Of a stretch of 64,000 nucleotides of DNA, positions 38,733-46,646 are shown one piece after another; within the stretch, counting starts at the first letter, position 1, and the number at the start of each line of letters is the position of its first letter. Origin of the DNA: an uncultured virus (IMG/VR IMGVR_UViG_3300027365_000012) (taxonomy: Duplodnaviria > Heunggongvirae > Uroviricota > Caudoviricetes); the IMG/VR virus record IMGVR_UViG_3300027365_000012. The stretch is one strand, 5' to 3'. The translations under genes and the position numbers were made by a program. The notes below the pieces were generated by a model that worked only from the letters and a program-made list of their open reading frames with translations, had not been told where the DNA came from and searched no databases.

Positions 38733-38766
38733 AAATAAAAAGCCCACCGAAGTGGGCTTGTTTGTT
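38733..38766 (-). terminator. intrinsic terminator
   Basis: On minus strand AAGCCCAC-TTCG-GTGGGCTT followed by TTTATTT. Confidence 0.8.
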
Positions 38767-38795
38767 TATATCTTACTTAGGCGATGACTGTGGTG

Positions 38796-39102
38796 TCATT
38801 GCGTAAATCCGCTTACTAAATGGGAGCGAGTCCTTTCGCTCTCGTAGGCCTGGAAACAATGATCCGGCTGCCAGAAAAACAGCCTATTGATCCAGGTGTG
38901 TGCGAATACCCAACGGCGCTTAGGCGATTGATCCAATACCCCCGCACCGGTAGGCACGACTGGACAATGTTTCATCAGGAGTACCTGCCAATATCGTATT
39001 GATCAACTGATCAACAGCTATTAGTATTGCTTCAAGTTTACTGAGTTCCATCTGAATTCTCCGGCCAAGCCATTTTAGGCAGCATGATGAGTAGTTCTTC
39101 AT
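38796..39102 (-). pseudogene. small tail-fibre-linked phage protein with +1 frameshift
   Basis: IAVDQLINTILAGTPDETLSSRAYR continues as ...WINRLFFWQPDHCFQAYESE after removing one base of the C5 run at 38939-38943. Confidence 0.7.
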
Positions 39103-39275
39103 CTGATTTCACCATAAACCCCTGCTAAAGCCGCCGCATATATGGCACGGCTATGCTCTTCTACATCATCAGGACACGCAGTGAAAGGCAGCCACCCGAA
39201 AGTAGCATGCTCAACTTCACAATCAATAGTCCCCCGTTCATTATAAGAAACATTCCGTACATTATAAACAGTCAT
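39099..39275 (-). CDS. small tail-fibre-associated protein (58 aa, below ORF-track cutoff)
   Basis: MTVYNVRNVSYNERGTIDCEVEHATFGWLPFTACPDDVEEHSRAIYAAALAGVYGEIR; TAATG and ATGA coupling. Confidence 0.7.
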   Translation of the reverse strand: MTVYNVRNVSYNERGTIDCEVEHATFGWLPFTACPDDVEEHSRAIYAAALAGVYGEIR

Positions 39276-41026
39276 TAGCTAATCCTCAGCCACAATGTAG
39301 CATAACCATTACCTGAAGTGTCAAAGTGACCCATAGCTTGCCATGTCCCTGTTAGGAATGAAGAATTTCTAGCAATACCACCTGTAGATGTTATGCAAGC
39401 AAATTGCAAGCTACTACCGGCTATTTGATTGCTGGCATTAGGGGCATTGACTGCGTACGCAAACGCATATGTCCCTACTCCGCCGCGTGCTGTAGGTGGT
39501 GAAGTATTAACTGTTTTCCATGTTCTATCACCTGCAAGGAATGTAGAAGAACTAGCTGTGCCAGAACCTAGAGCAGCGGTTGGAACAGCCGCTGTAGTAG
39601 TACCTGTCAAGGATCCTGCCGTAGTAGCACTAGTAGCATTTCCTGCAAGATTACCGTTAAAGGTAGCTGCAGTTACATTTGCATAAGCAGTGCCACCTTG
39701 TCCGTAGAATCTGAAATCACTCGCTCCACGAAGCTGTAATGAGCTTGCCCACAGGCCTGGCTGGTGAAAACCTATTGTTGGAAATACCGTATTAGCAGTC
39801 CCATTACCTCTTGCCTCAAGACCACCTACATGGTAATCATTACCCGTGCCCGTGAATATACCGCGAGTACCTTCTAGAGTACCTGTTAACGTACCACCAG
39901 TTAATGGAAGCTTAGTCGCATCTGCAACGGTGATGTTGGAGCCGACGTTCGCTGCCACACCGTTAATGGTTATATTGGAGGTAAGCGCCTCTGCGTAGCG
40001 GGCACGGTCAACGCGAACCCCATAGGTGTTGGTTCCGTTCCAACCCATTAGCGTTGGATAGGTGCCCGCCCAAGCGACCTCAGGATTTGTGTTGTTAACA
40101 GCCTTCCCTGAAGGCGACACGCTGTTGGATGCGTCAAAAATGACGTGAGAGCCATTGCCTACTCCCTGTCCGCCACCATAATTGGTCCAGTTCAGTACGC
40201 CTGCGCGGTTTGCTGTTCCAGAGTTGCCGCTTATGCTGATGCCGTAGGTTCCGCTGAGACGCGCACTCGGGACGGTGCCGGCCAGATTGCCCGCATCCAG
40301 GTAGTAGGCACTGTCCCTGCCCGTTGAGCAGGAGGGCGTTGGCGTTGGCGTTGAGCACGGCTCGTTGAAGGCACTGAGACCGGTTTCGTCCTGGATGACG
40401 GTGATCGACCAGCCGTTGCCCCAGTCGAGCTCGACGTTCGAGAATCCGGCCAGCATCTCCTCGATGATCACCTTCGGGTAGTTCCACGTCGAAGCGGTGT
40501 TGCCCAGCAGGATGCAGGCGTTGGTACCGTCGAAGGCGAAACGCACGGAGCTGAACGGGACGGACGTTCCCATGGTAGAAGCGGAAGTGTTGACCCAGCT
40601 GCCGCTGCCGTAGTTGTAGCCGCCGAGGGACAGTTCCCACGCGCCCACGACGTTGTAGTTGAAGCCCTTCAGCTTCAGAGACATCATGGTGCTCGTCCAC
40701 CCGAACGGGAGGGTGATCTTCATGGTGCCCGTCACCGTCGCAGCACTGTTGGTGTAAACAGCCAGGTTGCGGTAGGTGGTAACGCCAGCAGCGCCGGCCA
40801 GGAACTGGTGGACCAGTGCCCCGGTCATCTTGCCGCCGGAGAGCGGGAGCTTGGTCGAGTCCGCTACGGTAATATTCGCCGTACCATCGAACGCAGTACC
40901 GTTGATGGTTCGAGCGGTTTGCAGCTTGGTCGCAGATCCGGCGTTACCCGTTACAGTGCCGGTGATGCCCCCGGTGACATGCAAGTCACCGTAGACTTTA
41001 GTTGGTCCAAGATCAGCCATTGACAA
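39275..41026 (-). CDS. tail fibre protein (mosaic)
   Basis: ATKLQTARTING.FDGTANI and KLPLTGG fibre repeats, G/T/N-rich. Confidence 0.85.
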   Translation of the reverse strand: MSMADLGPTKVYGDLHVTGGITGTVTGNAGSATKLQTARTINGTAFDGTANITVADSTKLPLSGGKMTGALVHQFLAGAAGVTTYRNLAVYTNSAATVTGTMKITLPFGWTSTMMSLKLKGFNYNVVGAWELSLGGYNYGSGSWVNTSASTMGTSVPFSSVRFAFDGTNACILLGNTASTWNYPKVIIEEMLAGFSNVELDWGNGWSITVIQDETGLSAFNEPCSTPTPTPSCSTGRDSAYYLDAGNLAGTVPSARLSGTYGISISGNSGTANRAGVLNWTNYGGGQGVGNGSHVIFDASNSVSPSGKAVNNTNPEVAWAGTYPTLMGWNGTNTYGVRVDRARYAEALTSNITINGVAANVGSNITVADATKLPLTGGTLTGTLEGTRGIFTGTGNDYHVGGLEARGNGTANTVFPTIGFHQPGLWASSLQLRGASDFRFYGQGGTAYANVTAATFNGNLAGNATSATTAGSLTGTTTAAVPTAALGSGTASSSTFLAGDRTWKTVNTSPPTARGGVGTYAFAYAVNAPNASNQIAGSSLQFACITSTGGIARNSSFLTGTWQAMGHFDTSGNGYATLWLRIS

Positions 41027-41303
41027 CTACCTCTTCAGTGGCAGGCTCTTCCGTAACAGGCTCTTCGACTTCTTCTACAGGCGGCGTAATCAGCTCCAGA
41101 TAGAAGTCTCGCAACAGGTTGTACACCGCATGCGACGTAGGATCGTCAGGGTCATAGACGACTTTCAGTTCGCCAATGGGCTGACGAATGATCTCGCCAT
41201 TGACCTCAGCCACTCGCTCCTGCTGGAACGTGCAAGTAGGCTGCCCATCCAAGGGGTTGTCGATGTGGATCGAGAAAGCGCGCTGATAAACATTGGTAGT
41301 CAT
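41013..41303 (-). CDS. hypothetical tail-associated protein
   Basis: Coupled ORF between fibre genes. Confidence 0.65.
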   Translation of the reverse strand: MTTNVYQRAFSIHIDNPLDGQPTCTFQQERVAEVNGEIIRQPIGELKVVYDPDDPTSHAVYNLLRDFYLELITPPVEEVEEPVTEEPATEEVVVNG

Positions 41304-43774
41304 ACTTCTTTAAACTCCCCTTGGATATAGGTTACGCCTTGGTGCTGAGTCATTTTGGTGGGGCCGGTACGTTTGTACTCGACGGCGATTTCTTGGGCGG
41401 TGAGGGCGCGGTTGAAGATTTTGAGAGCGCTCAAATCGCCTATGTACGGCGCGGATGGGCCGGAATAGCGCCCTCCGATAGTCATGTGCGGATACATGGG
41501 TGTGCCCGCCGCCAACCCACCGGTCTCAGCGGAGACGTACACTTCCACCCCGTTTACAAACAGCTTTCGAGAGGTCGTCGAATGGGTGTAGGCGATCATG
41601 GTCCACTCGCCTGTTACGACGGGTGAGCCAGGAGCTGTCCTCCAAGCCCAAGGGGCCGACGCATACTTCAAGGTCGATGACGGGCCACTATTGTTTATTG
41701 CTATCTCGAACGTGTTTTCGACTGTGACAAGGTTTTGATCCGAAGCGGAAAGCGGCTGCTTCGGCCTGATCCAGAACAGGAAGGTGGCCTCTGGGTATGC
41801 CCAGGAACCTGCGTTGATACCAGTGCCTGTCGCTCGTATGTAGTCATCAACGCCGTCAAACGTGTAGGCGCCCTTGCCGTCAAAGCCTCCACCTACAACC
41901 GTCGCCCCTGTCACAACCCCATGCAGGCCATTGCCTGAATAGTCCTTGGCGTCCTTGTTCAGCGGGTAGTAGGCGATCAGGCCGTTGGTGATGCCGACTT
42001 CGGATACTTGCGAACTAAGTTGACCGGCCTTCGTGACTTGGAACTTGGTTGCGCCCTTCTCATTGATCAGCTGAGCGTAGAAATTCCCCTGTGAATCCAG
42101 GCTCGCTCGCTGCTGGTACAGCTCTTTCACTTGGTCGGCTGCGAGTGCGGTTGCGTATATACGGACGTCCGATATTGGGCCGCTGAATGGAAAGTAAGTG
42201 GTCGTACTGGTGTAGCTGTAGGACATCTTTCCGATGACAGTTCGGTTGTTCGCCTGGCTGTAATCAATGGTTCTGGCAGGTCCGGTTGCAGTAAGCACAC
42301 CGTCGACGTACAGACGGGCGCCGTTGACCATGTCGTGCGTGAAAACAATATGCCGCCAGACGCCCACCAGGCTGATACCCGCGCTGAGCACCCCATTCCC
42401 CTGCGCGCCGCCGCCGTACCGGGCTTGGATGTCACCCGAGACGGTGCTGATACTAACCCCGTACTTGTCGTAGTCACGCCCCGACGACACGATGAACTTG
42501 TAAGCGTGACCTTCGGTACTGTCTTGCTTCGCCCAGCAGCTGTAGGTCAGCGTGCTGCCTAGGTCGATCAGCTCACGGTCTATGCGCTTAGTAGCGTCGT
42601 TGGTGAACAGGTAGCTACCGCGACCTGTCGGGGATTCTTCAATCCACTTAGGTGCGGTTGCCAGCGCGAGCGGCGCATCAGCACCTTGGCCGGAAGTGTC
42701 AACGACCCTGGCCGAGCGAATGCTGTCGGTATACGGCGTTACATGAGGCTTGTGCTCGACTTGCGCTTCGTACAGCGTTACGGATGTGCCTGAGCCAATC
42801 GTAATATCAAGAAAGTTGTAGGTGGCGTCGTAGGTCGCCTTGGCCGCAGTGCCATAAAGCACGCCCTCGGCAGCGGACGAGGATGGCAAGCCCGCAATTC
42901 CAACATCGCACCAGTCGATTCCCACATAGCCGGTGTTGTCCTTGAACTTGACTTGGCAGGCATAAGTGGCGCCGTTAACCAGCCGGTCAAGTGGGCAGCG
43001 CAGCCGGATATTAGAATTACCTGTCCCGTTGTTTACGAACCTGTATTCGCCATTACCCAGGTAGGTTTTGGTCGACTTCCCGTATAAGTCCGGCGCGGTG
43101 TCGAGGCGAACGCTCAGCAGGTTTTCAGTAGGCTCCTGGAAATCTAGCATTGGGTAATGCACGGCCAGCCCTTGAGCCAAATCCCGGATCTCGCGCAAGG
43201 ACAGGGCGTGGTCGTAGATGCGAACGTCATCGAGTAGGCCACCTGCTTGCGAGTTTGCTTGCCCACTGTAGTTTGATATGAACAAATCGGAAGGCTGCAA
43301 GTTCAGCCACCCTCTGGCGACTCTGCCCGCTATCGCCACCCCGTTAACATATATCGTCTGCGTGTTCTTTGTGCGATCACCTACGCAAGCGACGTGCATC
43401 CACTCGCCAACTGAGACAACGTGGTTGGTGTTCAAGTCGTTTGAGTAGAACGCGAAGCTAAGCGTGCCATTCGGGCGCACTACGATATGCAGCAGCCTGT
43501 TCAGCTCGTTGGCGTTGCGGTAGCTGATCAACCCTCTGGTAAGGTTGGAAAGTGGATCGGCCAAGTACCAAAATGCGAAAGAGAAGCTGTTGTTCAGCGA
43601 TTGGCAAATTTTGCCAGATCCATCCGGGACAGTAATAACCTGAGTGTTGGTAGAGAAAACACCTGCCTGCCCCAGCTTTCCCGCCGCCCAGGTCACATTG
43701 CTCGCCACGCCGTTGAACTTGCCAAAGACGTCGTCTGCGTTCCCATCAAGTCGGTAATGTGCGATCAATCCCAT
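41300..43774 (-). CDS. tail protein with three LamG/concanavalin-A-like domains
   Basis: Three repeats GL(I/A)xxY(R/P)...(D/A)(V/L)(R/K)I(Y/F)xxALxxxE/Q. Confidence 0.8.
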   Translation of the reverse strand: MGLIAHYRLDGNADDVFGKFNGVASNVTWAAGKLGQAGVFSTNTQVITVPDGSGKICQSLNNSFSFAFWYLADPLSNLTRGLISYRNANELNRLLHIVVRPNGTLSFAFYSNDLNTNHVVSVGEWMHVACVGDRTKNTQTIYVNGVAIAGRVARGWLNLQPSDLFISNYSGQANSQAGGLLDDVRIYDHALSLREIRDLAQGLAVHYPMLDFQEPTENLLSVRLDTAPDLYGKSTKTYLGNGEYRFVNNGTGNSNIRLRCPLDRLVNGATYACQVKFKDNTGYVGIDWCDVGIAGLPSSSAAEGVLYGTAAKATYDATYNFLDITIGSGTSVTLYEAQVEHKPHVTPYTDSIRSARVVDTSGQGADAPLALATAPKWIEESPTGRGSYLFTNDATKRIDRELIDLGSTLTYSCWAKQDSTEGHAYKFIVSSGRDYDKYGVSISTVSGDIQARYGGGAQGNGVLSAGISLVGVWRHIVFTHDMVNGARLYVDGVLTATGPARTIDYSQANNRTVIGKMSYSYTSTTTYFPFSGPISDVRIYATALAADQVKELYQQRASLDSQGNFYAQLINEKGATKFQVTKAGQLSSQVSEVGITNGLIAYYPLNKDAKDYSGNGLHGVVTGATVVGGGFDGKGAYTFDGVDDYIRATGTGINAGSWAYPEATFLFWIRPKQPLSASDQNLVTVENTFEIAINNSGPSSTLKYASAPWAWRTAPGSPVVTGEWTMIAYTHSTTSRKLFVNGVEVYVSAETGGLAAGTPMYPHMTIGGRYSGPSAPYIGDLSALKIFNRALTAQEIAVEYKRTGPTKMTQHQGVTYIQGEFKEV

Positions 43775-43782
43775 GACTCACC

Positions 43783-45804
43783 TCACGCAAAGTTGAAATC
43801 AAGGGATTCAGTGGCGGCGTTGTACTCCATGACGAACCGGCCAGAGCCGAATCCGGTCGCATGTAGCTTGCCGTCGTAGTTGGTGCGCGTGGTGTTATCG
43901 GGATCAGTCGTGCCGGCGTAGAAGCGCCCCGCAGCCTTGCTTGTGCCGGTGACCGCTAGAGCCGTCGAGAAGGTCTTGACGCCTGCTACGCTCTGATCGC
44001 CGGTGAGGCTGACTTTGCTGTCGAGCGCAGTCTGGAGGCCGGTGACGTTGGCTAGGGCTAGGCTGGTAAGGCCGGAGCCGTTGCCGGAAATCACGCCTCT
44101 GAAAGCGACGTTATTACTGTCGTGCGAATAGCTGAACACCACCTCGTTGACGCCAGCGCTACGGCGATAGAACGAAACGCGGTCAGCTGCTTCCCCTGTG
44201 GCAAACGCCGGGGTGCCGTCGCCGTTGTAGAACACGCCGCCGCCATGGCTCCGTTCTTGCCCCACGTACAGATAGCCTGTGCCTTGAATGCCGCCGTGCG
44301 CTAGGAATCCAGCGTTGTAGCCGTCAGCGGCCAGGACCTTTACGGTGGTGTCAGCGGCGCGCGTGGTGGCTCCGACAACAAGGTCACCTGACAACGTACC
44401 GCCGGTCAGCGGCAGCTTGGTCGAGTCAGCAACGGTGATGTTGGCCGTGCCGTCAAAAGCAACACCGTTGATGGTACGAGCGGCTGCTAGCTTGGTGGCA
44501 GATGCCGCATTCCCTGTTGACGGCAGTGCGCCTACATCGGCGGGTGTGAGTGACACCGTCCCGGTCTTTCCATTGACAGACGAAACGCTTTCGGTGTTGT
44601 CGATCTTGTAGAACTGCCCCAGGTTCTTCGAGTAGACCAGGGTGTCGCCCACGCCGTAGTCAACGCCGCCAACGGTGCCGCCAACGGTAACTTTCCAGAA
44701 GCCGGCTGAGGTCGGCGTGGTCGGGTATGCACCGGAAGACAGATCGACTGAGCCAAGTTCGGACAGGGTGCCCGTTAGGCTGGAGGCAGCTGTAACAGCT
44801 TCGTCACGCGCCGCCTCTGCCGCAGTCTTGGCCAACTGCGCCGCCGTGTTGGCATTCGCAGCGTTGGTGGCACTGGTGGCCGCCTCAGAAGCCTTGGTGG
44901 TAGCGGTGGCAGCCGAGTTCGCAGCGTTGGTGGCGCTGGTAGCAGCCTCACCCGCTTTGGTCGTTGCTGTGCCTGCAGATGTCGAAGCCGAGCTTTGCGA
45001 GGCGGCGGCGGCCGATGCGCTGGCAGCTGCCTTGATTGCATGGTGCTTGGCGCTGTACTTGCCCGTTTCGACAGCCACGTTCTCGGCGTTTTCAGCCCAC
45101 TGCCCTGCTTTGGTGGACGAAGTGGATGCGGAGGTCGCGGAGTTCGAGGCTTCAGTGGCTTTGACACCCGCTGTGGTCGCTGAAGTCGAGGCTTCAGTTG
45201 CCTTAGTAGTGGCGGTCGAAGCCGACGCGGCCGCGTTCGTGGCAGACGTACTGGCTTCGGACGCTTTGGTCGTAGCGGTAGTAGCCGAGTTCGCAGCGTT
45301 GGTTGCAGAAGTAGCCGCTTCACCGGCCTTTGTACTGGCTGTGTTAGCGGAGGCGGCGGCCTCACCGGCTTTGGATGAGGCAACTCCCGCCGAGCTCGCG
45401 GAGCTAGCAGCTGAGGTAGAGGCTTCGCCCGCTTTGGTGGTGGCGGTGGTGGCGCTTGCGGAGGCGCTGGAGGCCGACGCAGCGGCTTTAATCGCGTGGT
45501 GCTTGGCGCTGTATTTGCCAGCCTCCACAGCTTCCCCTTCGTTGGCCTCGGCCCACTGGCCAGCTTTGGTAGCTGATGCAGAGGCAGAATCCTTCGAGGA
45601 GGTTGCTGACGCTGCGCTAGACGCCGCCGCGGCCTTACTAGCCGCCGCCTCAGTCGCATAGGCAGACGCTTCAGCCGCCTTGTCGACCGCAACCTGGACG
45701 TTCGCAACCGACTGCATCTCAGCTACGTCGCCGAGTAGGGCAGAGACCTTGGTGGTCAGCTCGGTGACGGCGGCGTTGAATTCAGGGAAGTTGGTGGCTG
45801 TCAT
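43783..45804 (-). CDS. side tail fibre-like protein
   Basis: Ala/Ser/Thr-rich 14-aa repeats, VSSVNGKTG, ARTINGVAFDGTANI. Confidence 0.85.
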   Translation of the reverse strand: MTATNFPEFNAAVTELTTKVSALLGDVAEMQSVANVQVAVDKAAEASAYATEAAASKAAAASSAASATSSKDSASASATKAGQWAEANEGEAVEAGKYSAKHHAIKAAASASSASASATTATTKAGEASTSAASSASSAGVASSKAGEAAASANTASTKAGEAATSATNAANSATTATTKASEASTSATNAAASASTATTKATEASTSATTAGVKATEASNSATSASTSSTKAGQWAENAENVAVETGKYSAKHHAIKAAASASAAAASQSSASTSAGTATTKAGEAATSATNAANSAATATTKASEAATSATNAANANTAAQLAKTAAEAARDEAVTAASSLTGTLSELGSVDLSSGAYPTTPTSAGFWKVTVGGTVGGVDYGVGDTLVYSKNLGQFYKIDNTESVSSVNGKTGTVSLTPADVGALPSTGNAASATKLAAARTINGVAFDGTANITVADSTKLPLTGGTLSGDLVVGATTRAADTTVKVLAADGYNAGFLAHGGIQGTGYLYVGQERSHGGGVFYNGDGTPAFATGEAADRVSFYRRSAGVNEVVFSYSHDSNNVAFRGVISGNGSGLTSLALANVTGLQTALDSKVSLTGDQSVAGVKTFSTALAVTGTSKAAGRFYAGTTDPDNTTRTNYDGKLHATGFGSGRFVMEYNAATESLDFNFA

Positions 45805-46096
45805 GGCTAACCGTATTTACAGGTTTATGGGTCGAATGGTAGCAGGGAGTGCTAGCTGCTACTAGCCCGTCCGTCAACCAATCTCCAGACGTAGCGACCC
45901 TGGCATTTGAACGCCTCGAGCTTCTCCATCCGCGGCGTGCCGGCACGAGTAGCGAGCTAAAAGCCTGTTACGTCTACCACGATGTACCGGGAGGTGTTTC
46001 CGTTGCTCTGATTGCAGTCCCAGTTGGTCACAACACCTTGCCCTCCAGAACGAAGCCGGACCCAGACTGCCTGATCTACATGGGCCTCGCCGACAG

Positions 46097-46294
46097 TTAT
46101 GGCTGAACCGGCGCGCTGGAAATTTGCTTTTTAGGGAACTCCTCTTTTACCTCTTTTACCGCCTCATAGAATTCTTTGGCAACGGAGATCTCCCCTTTGT
46201 CCATCGCGTGCCACAGCATGTCCAGCTGGTCATGTATTGATGGATAAGCTGAGGCCCTTCTCTTCTTGTAGTTGGAAGTATGGTTAATCTCCAT
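46097..46294 (-). CDS. small tail-associated protein
   Basis: RASAYPSIHDQLDMLW...VKEEFPK pattern. Confidence 0.65.
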   Translation of the reverse strand: MEINHTSNYKKRRASAYPSIHDQLDMLWHAMDKGEISVAKEFYEAVKEVKEEFPKKQISSAPVQP

Positions 46295-46646
46295 TGGACA
46301 ACTCCACCTCTGAGTCCAGGTATGGCCAGCAGCAGAACCTCACCAAGTAGCTCCCAGGGTAGTCGAACGAGAAAGTAACGGAAGTCTCCTGCCCCAGTTC
46401 GTAGGTGGCGTCCTCCACAGTAACCGAGCTGCCGGCGGGAAATCCGGTCACGGTCAACTGGTCAACCATCAGCGGCATAACTGGGCGTTTGGTTACCTCA
46501 CCGTCCAGGACATAGTCGAACCTGAAGTCACACATCTGGTTGACGACCGCCTGGCCAGGTTCAGGAACAACCTGGATGTACGGCCCGCCGTAGTGGTAAG
46601 AGGTAATTCGTCCGGTTGCTTCCTCGTAAACGGTGTGGGGCGTCAT
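46284..46646 (-). CDS. tail-associated hypothetical protein
   Basis: Coupled ORF downstream of the J-like gene. Confidence 0.65.
   Translation of the reverse strand: MTPHTVYEEATGRITSYHYGGPYIQVVPEPGQAVVNQMCDFRFDYVLDGEVTKRPVMPLMVDQLTVTGFPAGSSVTVEDATYELGQETSVTFSFDYPGSYLVRFCCWPYLDSEVELSNGD

Noticed and set aside
39275..45804. Diversity-generating retroelement or invertible shufflon acting on the fibres
   Set aside because: No reverse transcriptase or invertase in the window, no adenine-specific TR/VR pair seen, and all cassettes are co-oriented.
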